The notes: generated by a model not told the origin, from the sequence alone. A stretch of DNA of 64,000 nt from Polyangium mundeleinium (GCF_028369105.1 NZ_JAQNDO010000001.1:1715711-1779710), one strand, 5' to 3'; shown: positions 47,277-56,728, numbered from the stretch's first letter. A program made the numbers and translations.

Positions 47277-49649
47277 ATGCGCTTTTTCTCCTCCTTCTCG
47301 GCAAGCTTGATGGTCCTCGCGCTCGGCGGGACGGCGTTCGCCGCCTCCGGGCCGCGTACACTGCTCGAGGTGGGCGCGTTCTCGCCCGCCGCGCAGAAGC
47401 CGCTCGTCGCGGCCAAGGATGCGGAGCCCCAGGCGCTCGAAGCCTCGGCGCGTACCATCCTCGCGGAGCGCGCGCCCTGGTCGCAGAGCCTCTCGCTCGG
47501 CACCGCGCGTGATGCGACGCTGCGTGACGGCCGGCGCATCGTCAAGATGCCGCAGATGCACCAGGGCGTGCCCGTGCTTCACCGTGGCGCCACGGTCTCG
47601 TTCGGCGAGAACGGCGTCGCGCGGATCGTCGCGGCGCGCCTTGCCGAGGACCTGCCCGCGAGCGTCGTGCCCGCGCTGTCGGCCGAGGACGTCGCCGAAA
47701 AGGCCTCCAAATCGTCCGGCGTCGACATGGACCCCAAGAAGGCCCAGCTCGTGATTTGGCCTTCGGGCGGCGGCAATGTCCTCGCCTGGCATTTTTATAC
47801 GCCGGGCCTCACCATTCCGTATGCGCCCGTCGTCGTCGTCGACGCGCAGACCGGCGACATCGTGGCGCGCTACAATGCCGCGGTCTCGATGCACCAGGCC
47901 AACGTGTTCCCCTCGAACCCCGTCAAATCTCCGCAAACGGAGACCGTCACGCTGAATTTGCCGGACGGGGCCACCAAACTCTCGAGTCCCCTCGTCGTCG
48001 CGCGCAATTGCATCGACATGAAGACGACGAAGAACATCATGGGTATCAACATCCACACCTGTGAGCTCGTGCAGACGGTGACGGCGGCCCAGGGAACGCT
48101 CGATTTCACGTCGACGACGCCGGCCGAGGACACGGCGTTGGAGGATCCGTTCTCGGAGCTGCACATCTATGCGCACACCGATATCGCATACCGGTTTTTC
48201 CGGGCCTTCAAGTCCGATTTCCTCGTCCAGCAGGGCCCGCTCGACGCGGTCGCGAACCTCCGTATGCCCGACGGCCTCTTCGGCGGCAACCCGGCCAACA
48301 TCGGCAATCCCAACGTTCCCCTCGTTCCTTTCCAGAACGCCTTCTTTTCGCCGCCGGAGTCCTTGGGCGCGCTCTTCGACATCTCGGGCGGCGCCATGAT
48401 GTTCGGCCAGGGCCCGGTCAAGGATTACGCGTACGACGGCGACGTCATTTACCACGAGTTCACGCACGCCGTCGTCAATGCGACGATCCAGCTCGTTGGC
48501 ACCCCGCACCGCGATGCGTACGGCATCGTCTTCTCGCCGGGCGGCATGAACGAAGGCCTCGCCGATTACTTCTCGTCGGCCATCACGGGTGACCCCGACG
48601 TCGGCGAATATGCCGTCCTCGACGCCGATCCGAGCGGCAAGGCCATTCGCAGCCTCGCGGCCCCCGACGCTTGCCCCACGGCCATCGCCGGCGAGTCCCA
48701 CCAGGACGCGACCCTCTTCTCCGGCGCGCTCTGGGACGTCCGCAAGGGTTTGACCGAGGTCCAGAAGCCCGAACTCGACCTCGCCGTCTTCGCCGCGATG
48801 GAGGCCGCGCCCTCGGGTGACCTCCATTATCACGACATGGCGGACCTCATCCTCGCGCAGATCAAAACCTCCTCGCTCGGCGACGCCGTCGCCGCCCAGC
48901 TCGAGGCGGCGTTCACCACGCGCGGCATCCTGCCCGAGTGCAAGCGCATCCTCGAATTCACGGGTTCCACGATGGAGGGCCCGCTCCCCGTGGGCACGGC
49001 CGGCGGCACCGTTGGCGTCTGGTTCGCGCCGAGCGTGGGTGCGGCGAACATCGGCTCGAACCAGCAAGGCTACGTGCCCGGCGTCGTCCAGGTCCGCGTT
49101 CCCCTGCCCGAGAACACCGAATCGCTCACCATCGATTTCGACGGCGCGACCACGGGCAGCAGCTCTCCGTTCGGCGGCGGCAGCTTCGCGCCCAAGGTCC
49201 TCGTCCGCTACGGCGAGGAGCCTCTCCAGTTCACGTATGGGCCCTTCAAGCCCACGGCCGACACCGTCGTCCTCACGCCCGACGGCGGCGGTTCGCAGGG
49301 CATCAATGCCTACAACACCACCGCGATGGTCCCGGCCGGCATGAAGACCGCTTACGTGATGATCGCCAATGCTGGCGAGGGCGACGGCCTCTTCACGAAC
49401 CTGACGTTCACCCCGGTCCAATCGTCCGGCGTGGGCGGCGCGGGTGGCGCCGGTGGCGCCGGTGGTGCCGGTGGCGCGGGCGGCTCGGGCGGCTCGGGCG
49501 CGGGTGGCAACCCGGCCACCCCGCCCGTCACGGACCCGGACGGCTGCGGCTGCGCCGTCCCCGGCTCCTCCAGCGTCCCCGCGGGCGCTTCGCTCGCCGC
49601 CTTCGCGGCCGTCGCGGCCCTCTTCGCGCGTCGCCGCCGGCAGAGCTGA
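47277..49649 (+). CDS. Secreted thermolysin-like (M4/M36-type HExxH) zinc metallopeptidase with a Gly-rich linker and a MYXO-CTERM sorting domain.
   Basis: The signal peptide is MRFFSSFSASLMVLALGGTAFA. The zinc-binding motif reads YHEFTHAVVNAT (HExxH), with a downstream E in GMNEGLADYF. The C-terminus carries (GGA)n then GCGCAVPGSS...AAFAAVAALFARRRRQS, the MYXO-CTERM signature. Confidence 0.75.
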   Translation: MRFFSSFSASLMVLALGGTAFAASGPRTLLEVGAFSPAAQKPLVAAKDAEPQALEASARTILAERAPWSQSLSLGTARDATLRDGRRIVKMPQMHQGVPVLHRGATVSFGENGVARIVAARLAEDLPASVVPALSAEDVAEKASKSSGVDMDPKKAQLVIWPSGGGNVLAWHFYTPGLTIPYAPVVVVDAQTGDIVARYNAAVSMHQANVFPSNPVKSPQTETVTLNLPDGATKLSSPLVVARNCIDMKTTKNIMGINIHTCELVQTVTAAQGTLDFTSTTPAEDTALEDPFSELHIYAHTDIAYRFFRAFKSDFLVQQGPLDAVANLRMPDGLFGGNPANIGNPNVPLVPFQNAFFSPPESLGALFDISGGAMMFGQGPVKDYAYDGDVIYHEFTHAVVNATIQLVGTPHRDAYGIVFSPGGMNEGLADYFSSAITGDPDVGEYAVLDADPSGKAIRSLAAPDACPTAIAGESHQDATLFSGALWDVRKGLTEVQKPELDLAVFAAMEAAPSGDLHYHDMADLILAQIKTSSLGDAVAAQLEAAFTTRGILPECKRILEFTGSTMEGPLPVGTAGGTVGVWFAPSVGAANIGSNQQGYVPGVVQVRVPLPENTESLTIDFDGATTGSSSPFGGGSFAPKVLVRYGEEPLQFTYGPFKPTADTVVLTPDGGGSQGINAYNTTAMVPAGMKTAYVMIANAGEGDGLFTNLTFTPVQSSGVGGAGGAGGAGGAGGAGGSGGSGAGGNPATPPVTDPDGCGCAVPGSSSVPAGASLAAFAAVAALFARRRRQS

Positions 49650-49667
49650 TCCCGCAAGGCGCGGGCG

Positions 49668-50315
49668 CTACGGCAACCGCACGAGCGCCCGCGCCTCTTC
49701 CAAGCTCCTCACCACCACGTCCGCGATCTCCTCGAACGCGGCCCCATCCCCCTCGGGCACCGCGATCACCGCCATCCCCGCGGCCTTCGCGGCCCGCACG
49801 CCGTTCTTCGAATCCTCCAGCGCGAGACACCCCTCGGCCCCGACCGACAGCCGCTCCGCCGCGCGCAGATACACATCCGGCCACGGCTTCGCCTTCGGCA
49901 CCTCCTGCCCGGACACCGTCACGTCGAAATGGTCCGTCAGGCCAAACCTTTTCAGGCTCGCGTCGATGAGCCGCCGCGGCGACGACGACGCGAGCCCGAT
50001 CGGCAATCGCCCCCGCGCCTCGTCCAGGAACGCGCGGGCGAACGGCTTGAGGGAAAGACTCTCCACGTGGGCGAGGAAGCGATCCTCCAGCTCGGCCACG
50101 TCGCGCGCCTCGTCCACTTCGAAGCCGATGTGCTCCCCCATGATGTGCACGATCCGCCCGATTCCCTGCCCCGTGCAGGCGAGCGCCATCTCGTCGGTCC
50201 ACTCGCCCCCGCGCGCGCGTGCAAATGCGCGCTCCACGTGGTGCCAGAGCGGCTCCGAGTCGACGAGCAGCCCATCCATGTCGAAGATCAACGCGCGCGG
50301 CGAGAAACGGCTCAT
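49668..50315 (-). CDS. HAD-superfamily hydrolase (beta-phosphoglucomutase-like, subfamily IA).
   Basis: Motif I is LIFDMDGLLVDSE. A motif II Ser/Thr is present. Motif III/IV reads ...KPWPDVY... ALEDSKNGVRAAKAAGM. Confidence 0.75.
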   Translation of the reverse strand: MSRFSPRALIFDMDGLLVDSEPLWHHVERAFARARGGEWTDEMALACTGQGIGRIVHIMGEHIGFEVDEARDVAELEDRFLAHVESLSLKPFARAFLDEARGRLPIGLASSSPRRLIDASLKRFGLTDHFDVTVSGQEVPKAKPWPDVYLRAAERLSVGAEGCLALEDSKNGVRAAKAAGMAVIAVPEGDGAAFEEIADVVVRSLEEARALVRLP

Positions 50316-50358
50316 GTCGAGCGGCCGACTAGCACGACACGCCGCCCCGGCAAGCGCT

Positions 50359-51903
50359 TCACTTCGGGGCGGTCGTCGTCGCCGCCGGCGTGACCGGCCC
50401 GGAGCCAGGCTGCTTCGGACCCACGTCCGACGTCCCCACGGCCGCGGGCGGCGCCGGCGGCGAATGGGTTTGTCGGAACCGAAGGGCCACGAACGCGCCC
50501 ACCGCTGCGGCGAGCACCACCACGAGCGTCACGAGCAGGCGAACGCGGTCCGACCCTCCCGACGACTCGGGCGCCGCCTCGACCAGATCCGCCGGCGCCT
50601 CGACGGGCGCTCGTTCCTTCGTCCGCGCCGCGGGTGGCTCGGTCTTTGGCCCAGGGTTCCGGTCGAGCGTCGGCGTCACCGGCGGCGGCTCGATCGCCCC
50701 CGTGGACGGCAGGCTCGGGGGCGGCGGGATCTCCGGCGCGAGCGCGTCGGGCGCCTCCATCGACGGCGGCATGCTGCGCAGGTTCGGCAGACTCGCCCCC
50801 ACGCCCGGCTCGCTCCCGCCGTGCGCCGTATCCCCGCGCAGCACGCGCATCGACGACGCGGGCGCGTCCTCGGCCGACGGCGACGCCGCCTCGCTCTGCC
50901 GCAGCTTCGCGATCTGCCGCTCGATGATCTTCCGGATCTCGGTGCGTTTGTCCGCGTAGACCGACGTGACGTATTTGCCGATGTCCTCCGGCGTCACGCG
51001 CAGCCCCGCGCCGTCGAGGTAGCCGAGGATCGCCGCGCGCATCTCGGCCGCGGTCGCATATCGTTCCGCTGGATCGTACGCCAGCGCCTTCGCGCAGATC
51101 TTCGCGAGCGCCGGGGGTACGTCGGGACGAACCGACTCGATCGGCTCCATCTCGCCGGTCGCCAGCTTGTGGAGCACCTCCATGTCGGCGGCCTTGTCCC
51201 ACATCTTCCGGCCGGCGAGCATTTCCCACAGCACGATCCCTGCGACGAACACGTCGGCGCGCCGATCGAGCGGCCTGCAACGCACCTGCTCGGGCGCCAT
51301 GTACCCGAGCTTGCCTTTCATGATGCCCGTGCGTGTCTCCATCAGACGCACGTCGGCCTTCGCGATCCCGAAATCGAGCAGCTTGGCCTGACCGTCGTAC
51401 GAGACGATCACGTTGTGCGGGCTCACGTCGCGGTGGACGATGTTCAAGGGCTTGCCGTCGTAATCGGCGAGCTCGTGCGCGTAGTGCAGCCCTGCGAGCA
51501 CGTCGGCGAGGATCCTGAGCAGCACCCCGGGCGGCGGCGGCGTCTTCGTCCGCGAGGACCGGTTGATCAGCCGGTTCAGCGGCGCGCCTTCGAGGTACTC
51601 CATCGTGATGAAGTACACGTCGTTGTCCGCGTGCACCTCGAACGTCTGCACCACGTTCGGGTGATTGAGGCGCGTCGCGATCCGCGCCTCGTCGAGGAAC
51701 ATCTCCCGGCGCTCGGGATCCTCGGCGAACTCGGCGCGCAGCCGCTTCACGACCTGCAGCTTGTTCACGCCGAGAGGCCCCGCGACCACGGCGAGGAACA
51801 CGTCGGCCATGCCTCCACGGCCGAGGTTCGCGATCAGCTTGTACTTGCCGACGCTCACCGGCTCCTTATCGGCTAGGCTCTGCGCGGCAGACACAGAGCC
51901 CAT
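50359..51903 (-). CDS. Hanks-type Ser/Thr protein kinase with a TM helix. It is a paralogue of the kinase at 13514.
   Basis: The catalytic motifs are VVKRL, HRDVSPHNVIV, LDFGIAK and YMAPEQ. A Pro-rich linker and a TM helix (LLVTLVVVLAAAVGAFVAL) follow. The start is MGSVSAAQ. Confidence 0.85.
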   Translation of the reverse strand: MGSVSAAQSLADKEPVSVGKYKLIANLGRGGMADVFLAVVAGPLGVNKLQVVKRLRAEFAEDPERREMFLDEARIATRLNHPNVVQTFEVHADNDVYFITMEYLEGAPLNRLINRSSRTKTPPPPGVLLRILADVLAGLHYAHELADYDGKPLNIVHRDVSPHNVIVSYDGQAKLLDFGIAKADVRLMETRTGIMKGKLGYMAPEQVRCRPLDRRADVFVAGIVLWEMLAGRKMWDKAADMEVLHKLATGEMEPIESVRPDVPPALAKICAKALAYDPAERYATAAEMRAAILGYLDGAGLRVTPEDIGKYVTSVYADKRTEIRKIIERQIAKLRQSEAASPSAEDAPASSMRVLRGDTAHGGSEPGVGASLPNLRSMPPSMEAPDALAPEIPPPPSLPSTGAIEPPPVTPTLDRNPGPKTEPPAARTKERAPVEAPADLVEAAPESSGGSDRVRLLVTLVVVLAAAVGAFVALRFRQTHSPPAPPAAVGTSDVGPKQPGSGPVTPAATTTAPK

Positions 51904-51987
51904 GTTCGTTCCGATCGCGCATCCGCGCAAGCGGGATCCGCCGTGCCGGAACGGCAGGTTTTCGACGCACGGCGCCCGGATCCGCGA

Positions 51988-52971
51988 TTAACCTGCGAAC
52001 ATGCGATCCAGCATGGCCTGCGGGCGCCCGCCAGCGAGGATCTCCGACAGCGCCCGGAACGTGTTCGCGTCGACCCGGCGCTCCTCCGCGAACCGCACGA
52101 TCCGCGGGATCAGCGGGATCGCCTCCACCCGGAGCTTCGCCATCGTGATCGCCTGATCGAGCGGCACCTTCCGCGCGAGCGCCTTGCCGAGCACCACCTC
52201 CGGCCGGTCTTCGAGCGCGATCGACGCGAGCAGATCACCGTACCCGCCGAGCCCGAGCATCGTCCGCTCCTCGCAGCCCGCGGCGGCCATCAGCCGCGCC
52301 GCCTCGTCGACCCCGCGCGAGATCAGCGCCGCCAAAAGCCCCGGCCCTGCGCCTGCCTCCTCCGCGTAGCCGACGCCGATCGACAGACAACCGACGAGCG
52401 CCGACGCCCACTCGAGCCCGCGCAGATCGTTTGTCCCGTACACCCGGAGGCTCGGGCCCTGGAACGCCCGTGTCGCGGCCGCGATCACCTCGGGGAACCG
52501 CGACCCGATCACCATCGCCGACGGCCGCCCCTCGATGAGCTCGCCGGCCTGCACCGGCCCCCCGAGCGCGCCGAGGCGCCGCGCGGGCGTCTCCTCGCGC
52601 ACGAGATCACTCACCGTCTCCAGCCCCTCGACCCCGAGCCCGCGCACCCCGTGCACCACGAGGTGCTGACCGCCGAGGTAATCCCCGAGCGCCCGGAGCA
52701 CGCTCCGCGCGACCGACGAGGGCACCGCGATCACCACGAGCCGCGCCTTCGCGACCTCCGCGTAATCGACCGTCACGTGCAGGCCTGGATCGGCGGTCGA
52801 CGCTTGAGGGCTACGCTCCGACGAGCGGAGCTGCGCCCCCAAACCCCCCGCCTGATCTCGCCGCGAGTGCAGCACGACCTCGGCGCCTGTCCGGCGCGCC
52901 GCCGTCGCGAGCGCTTGCCCCCAGGGCCCTCCGCCCACGACCCCCACGCTCGGCGTCTGACGTTCTGTCAC
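51988..52971 (-). CDS. gpsA: NAD(P)H-dependent glycerol-3-phosphate dehydrogenase.
   Basis: The start is a GTG. The Rossmann motif reads VGVVGGGPWGQALA, with the GpsA C-terminal helical domain after it. It overlaps the start of the downstream acyltransferase gene by 4 nt. Confidence 0.8.
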   Translation of the reverse strand: MTERQTPSVGVVGGGPWGQALATAARRTGAEVVLHSRRDQAGGLGAQLRSSERSPQASTADPGLHVTVDYAEVAKARLVVIAVPSSVARSVLRALGDYLGGQHLVVHGVRGLGVEGLETVSDLVREETPARRLGALGGPVQAGELIEGRPSAMVIGSRFPEVIAAATRAFQGPSLRVYGTNDLRGLEWASALVGCLSIGVGYAEEAGAGPGLLAALISRGVDEAARLMAAAGCEERTMLGLGGYGDLLASIALEDRPEVVLGKALARKVPLDQAITMAKLRVEAIPLIPRIVRFAEERRVDANTFRALSEILAGGRPQAMLDRMFAG

Positions 52972-54650
52972 GACAAACCTCCCTGCGCCGCCTCCTGCGC
53001 CGCGGGTTTGGCGAAGACCGGCGGCCGCGCCGGCGGCATGCCCGGCGGCGCGATGACGTCCCAGGCCATCCCGTGGGCCGCGAGCCGGTTCTGGTAATAA
53101 AACAATAGATTCGTGTCCATGATCGCGAGCCCCTCCGGCCGTGACGCGAGCACGGGCGAGGCGTGGTAGCCCGCGAAGGCCCGCAGCGCCCGCTCCACGA
53201 TGTCGCCGCCCGAGGCGGTCCGTAGAAACCCGCCGACCACGATCTCGCCGCGATCCGCGAGCTCCACCAGCCGATCCCGGAGCTTCACCACGTCCTTGGC
53301 GAGATCGTCGCGCGGCACCACGACGACGTCGCGCTGCCGGAGCACCGTGAAGAGATCCGAGGCGGGCGAGGCGCGCCGCAGCCGTTCGAAGCTCGCGGCC
53401 GCGACCACGTGCGTCTCCAGCACCACCGTGTCGCGCAGGTAGGCCTTGCAGATCTCGTCGCCGAGCTCGCGCGTGTACTGCGCGTCGCGCACGGGATCGA
53501 GCGTCACGCGCCCGCCTTCGTCCTTCACGTAGCTCGCGGGATCGACCTCGCGCCCGCGCCGATCGAACGACCGGCAGCGCTCGTCGACCATGTTGCCGAA
53601 GGGATCGATGGGTTTGCCGAAGCGGATCACCACGGCGCCTTGCATGTCGAACATCTTGCGCATGAACGCGGTCACGCGACCGACGCGCGACGACTCGTCG
53701 TCCTCGATGATGAAGCGCCCCTTGCCGGCCTCGGCGAGGAAGTCCGCGATCAGCGTCTCGGCCTCCAGCGTGATGAGGTAGTTGATCGTGGCGGGCACGA
53801 AGTACACGCGCCGCTCCCGGTTCGCGATCAACGTCCGCGCGTACGCCTCGATCGCCGTGCCCATGAGCCCGAGCTTCAGCCGCCGCTCGACGCCGCCCGA
53901 GCGCGAACGTGTCCCGCCCGGGAAAAACAGCGAGTGGTAGCCGCGCTCGAGCAGCACGCACGAGTACGTCTTCAGCACGTCCTTGTAGAGGTTGTGCCGG
54001 ATCCGCCGGTCGACGCGGTAAGCGCCGAGGTTGTGCATGAAGAACGACAGCACGGGGTTCGTGAACAGGTTCTTGCCTGCGCCGTAGGTCGCGGGCGGCA
54101 GCCCGGCGCGCTCGAGCGCGTAGCCGAACACGATCGAATCCATGTTCGACAGGTGCGTCGGGACGTACACCGCCGTCCCTTGCCGCGAAAGCTCACGCAG
54201 CTCCTCGACCGGCCCCTCGACGCGCACCTTGTCGTCGAGCGCCGACAGGCTCACGAGCTGCTTCGGATCGCGGGCCAAGCGCACGAGCGTCCGCGGCGCG
54301 AGCAGGTACGTCACGATCGGGGGCAGGAGCTTCGACGACACCTTGAACACGCGTGGATCGAAGTTCCCTGCGACGTCCCAGCCGACGTGCTCGACGATGG
54401 AGGCGAGCTTCTCGCGCCGCTCGCCGTCGGGCATGCGGCCGAGGGCGCGGGCGAGCCTTTGCCACTCGGCGAGCTCCTTCTGCTCCTCGGGCCCGCGCTT
54501 GCTGGCCTCGAGGCGCTTCGTCTCGTGGTAGGCCGCGTCGTTCAGCGCGAGCAGCGGGTCTTTCGTGGAGAGCACGACGCGTGAGACCACGGTCCGCACG
54601 ATGTCTTCCCGCGCCGCGTTGAACCCGAAGATGGGAGCGTCGTCCTGCAT
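52968..54650 (-). CDS. PlsB-like glycerol-3-phosphate O-acyltransferase (GPAT/LPLAT superfamily).
   Basis: The HxxxxD acyltransferase motif (VPTHLSNMDS) is present, followed by FFPGGTRSRSG (block III) and the conserved PlsB-like blocks VPATINY. Confidence 0.65.
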   Translation of the reverse strand: MQDDAPIFGFNAAREDIVRTVVSRVVLSTKDPLLALNDAAYHETKRLEASKRGPEEQKELAEWQRLARALGRMPDGERREKLASIVEHVGWDVAGNFDPRVFKVSSKLLPPIVTYLLAPRTLVRLARDPKQLVSLSALDDKVRVEGPVEELRELSRQGTAVYVPTHLSNMDSIVFGYALERAGLPPATYGAGKNLFTNPVLSFFMHNLGAYRVDRRIRHNLYKDVLKTYSCVLLERGYHSLFFPGGTRSRSGGVERRLKLGLMGTAIEAYARTLIANRERRVYFVPATINYLITLEAETLIADFLAEAGKGRFIIEDDESSRVGRVTAFMRKMFDMQGAVVIRFGKPIDPFGNMVDERCRSFDRRGREVDPASYVKDEGGRVTLDPVRDAQYTRELGDEICKAYLRDTVVLETHVVAAASFERLRRASPASDLFTVLRQRDVVVVPRDDLAKDVVKLRDRLVELADRGEIVVGGFLRTASGGDIVERALRAFAGYHASPVLASRPEGLAIMDTNLLFYYQNRLAAHGMAWDVIAPPGMPPARPPVFAKPAAQEAAQGGLS

Positions 54651-54726
54651 GGCGGATATTGTGTAGGAAATTTCGCGGCCCGGCGCGAGGGAGATGTGCG
54701 CGGGGAGCGTGCGCGCCCGGCGCTCG

Positions 54727-54760
54727 TTCGGGTCAGGCGGGAGATTTCGGGTCAGGCGGG
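54727..54760. repeat. Tandem 15-bp direct repeat TTCGGGTCAGGCGGG x2 with a 4-bp spacer.
   Basis: ttcgggtcaggcggg agat ttcgggtcaggcggg lies 77 to 110 bp upstream of the PlsB-like gene start (minus strand). Confidence 0.5.
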
Positions 54761-54849
54761 CGAGGGGGGATCAGGGGAGCGGCTTGATGGGGTCGTGGTG
54801 CAGGGTCACCCATTCGTAAGTAGCTTTGAATGTCGCTTCGCCCGGTTCA

Positions 54850-54895
54850 ATCTTGCTCCAAGCAATAGAATTTATTGCCAAGAAGCAAGCATTCG
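54850..54895. promoter_or_regulatory. AT-rich (about 35% GC) island with three overlapping palindromes (TTGCTCCAAGCAA, GCAATAGAATTTATTGC, TTGCCAAGAAGCAA).
   Basis: The sequence is tcttgctccaagcaatagaatttattgccaagaagcaagcatt, in a 70% GC background. It is also flanked by ttgaa-N15-ttcaa. Confidence 0.35.
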
Positions 54896-54994
54896 CCCAC
54901 GCCCATGGTGAAAGCAAAGGGGTGGGGCTTGTCCCCCCCACTCCTTTTCGTGTTGGATCGATTCGGGGACGCGCCCCTCCCACGCAACCCCGCG

Positions 54995-55200
54995 GTCTCG
55001 TCCACGCGACCTGGAGATGCGTCGGGTGAGCCTCCATGCCTCGCCCACGCGTCTCGGAGTCTCGTGGACGCGTCTCGAAGTCTCGTCCACACGACCTGAA
55101 GACGCGTCGGGTGAGCTTCCATGCCTTGTCCACGCGCCTCGAAGTCTCGTGGGCGCGTCTCGAAGTCTCGTCCACGCGCCTCGCAGACGACCACGAGCGA
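54995..55200. repeat. About 85-bp tandem direct repeat, 2.4 copies at about 88% identity, with nested 16-bp sub-repeats (CGTCTCGAAGTCTCGT) and inverted GTCCAC/GTGGAC cores.
   Basis: Unit 1 spans 54995-55079, unit 2 spans 55080-55164, and a partial unit 3 runs to about 55200. The overlapping track ORFs (for example 54847..55284 minus, with RGRDFETRPRD peptide repeats) only mirror the DNA repeat. Confidence 0.6.
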
Positions 55201-55305
55201 CCCCGTGGATGCAGCTTGCGGTATGCTTTCTCTCGACGAGCGGAGGGGGCGCAGGGATCCGGCGGCGTCGGCGGCGAGCGCCACGGGCCCGAGGTTCGGT
55301 AAAAC

Positions 55306-55355
55306 GCCAAAAAACAGGGCTTCGTCCGATCGGCGCCCGTCGACGCCCCTGCATT
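55306..55355 (-). terminator. Putative intrinsic terminator of the Gly-rich lipoprotein gene (minus strand).
   Basis: The minus-strand RNA would fold a GC-rich hairpin (caggggcgucgacgggcgccgaucggacgaagcccug) followed by UUUUUUGG. The motif begins about 18 nt after the stop at 55373. Confidence 0.35.
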
Positions 55356-55372
55356 CTATCCGTTTCGCCGGC

Positions 55373-56590
55373 TCAAGGCAGGCACGGATCCGGCGGCGGC
55401 GGCGCGGCCGGCACCACGGCCCCGAGCTGCGCCGATTTCATCGTGAAGCCGACGCCGATCGAGATCGCGTCGCATGGCTTCGTCGGATCCTGCGTCCCGT
55501 CGCTCATGATGTCCGAGGCCTGGCGGAGCTGCTTCAAAATGCTCTGCAGCGTCGGGCTGTTCGGGTCGCAGAACGATTCGTCGAACCGCGCTGCCAGCTT
55601 GGCCACCTCGTCGCTCAGGTCTTGCGTGTAGATGACGCCCGAGATCTGCCCGGCCGTGGCGCCCTGCAGATCCGCGTCGAGGTGCATTGCGATGCGCGCC
55701 AGGTGAATGGGCAGCCTCAGGTCGAGGTCCTGGAACGTGAGCAGCAGCGTGAACTGGCTCGGCGGGCTCGCGTCGACGAAGCCCTGCGTGATGGTCGTGG
55801 ACGAGAACGAGCAGACCGCCGACGTCGGGTCGGCCGGGTCCGTGACCGAGGACGCGTCGATCGGCCAGACGTCGCTCCCGTCGAAGGCCGGCTCCTGGCC
55901 CAGGCTCCCCCCGAGGAAGAACTTGCTCGACGTCGCGCATTCCTCCGAACCTACGTTCGCCATCGAGAGCAGGTACGTGAACTCGCCGCTCGCGATGTGC
56001 ACGTTCATCTGTTCGCCGAAATCCGAGGACAGGCCCAGGAAAATGGGCAGCACGTTCCGCCCGAACGAGTTGTCGATGCCATTGTTCCCGTCGGGATACA
56101 CCGCCACCGGCGACCCGCCGTCCACGGGCTTGCAAAGACCGGTCGACTCCTTCGTGGATACGAGCCCGTCGATGTTCCTTCCGTATTGCTTCCACCCATT
56201 CGTCGGGTTCGGCGTCCCGTCCGGATTCGTATCCCCGATCAGGATACGATCCATGGCGAGCACCACCTCCGGGCCGCCGCTGCATTCGGGCAAGCTCCCG
56301 CCGCCGCCGCCCTGTCCGCCTTGCCCGCCCCCGCCGACGCCGCCGGTGCCGCCCGTCCCACCGATGCCGCCGCCGGTGCCGCCCGTCCCGATGCCGCCGG
56401 TGCCGCCCGTCCCGATGCCGCCGGTGCCGCCGGTACCACCCGTTCCAATGCCGCCCGTACCGCCTTGCGCGCCGGATCCGCCGGACCCGCCGCCTCCGCC
56501 TCCCGTGACCGTCGTCCCACACGCCGTGAGCGTGAGCGCCGCGGCTGCCATCACCACACCACCCAAGCGAACCAAGCCAAAACGAAGCAT
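55373..56590 (-). CDS. Lipoprotein (405 aa) with a long Gly/Thr-rich (GGTGGIGT)n linker and a C-terminal globular domain.
   Basis: The start is MLRFGLVRLGGVVMAAAALTLTA|CG (lipobox). Residues about 30 to 110 are almost pure Gly/Thr/Ser/Ile, encoded by 24-bp tandem DNA repeats at about 56290-56510. The C-terminal domain is unbiased. Confidence 0.7.
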   Translation of the reverse strand: MLRFGLVRLGGVVMAAAALTLTACGTTVTGGGGGGSGGSGAQGGTGGIGTGGTGGTGGIGTGGTGGIGTGGTGGGIGGTGGTGGVGGGGQGGQGGGGGSLPECSGGPEVVLAMDRILIGDTNPDGTPNPTNGWKQYGRNIDGLVSTKESTGLCKPVDGGSPVAVYPDGNNGIDNSFGRNVLPIFLGLSSDFGEQMNVHIASGEFTYLLSMANVGSEECATSSKFFLGGSLGQEPAFDGSDVWPIDASSVTDPADPTSAVCSFSSTTITQGFVDASPPSQFTLLLTFQDLDLRLPIHLARIAMHLDADLQGATAGQISGVIYTQDLSDEVAKLAARFDESFCDPNSPTLQSILKQLRQASDIMSDGTQDPTKPCDAISIGVGFTMKSAQLGAVVPAAPPPPDPCLP

Positions 56591-56728
56591 GAAGTCCTCC
56601 GATCGGCGTCCGGGGTACGGACGCCGGCTCACACTGTACCATGCCTTTCCACCCGTCACGACCCGCGGTATGTTGACGGCAAGAATCTGACAGCCTCTCG
56701 GGCCCCCGGACTTTCGGCGGATGAGACA

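Noticed and set aside
54995-55200. A possible CRISPR array.
   Set aside because: The repeats are directly adjacent 85-bp units with no unique spacers, and there are no cas genes anywhere in the window.
54771-55354. ORFs of 145 to 180 aa across the 85-bp tandem-repeat region (peptide repeats RGRDFETRPRD).
   Set aside because: The protein repeats only mirror the DNA repeats. The sequence is Arg-rich, has no plausible start context, and the region is better explained as noncoding.
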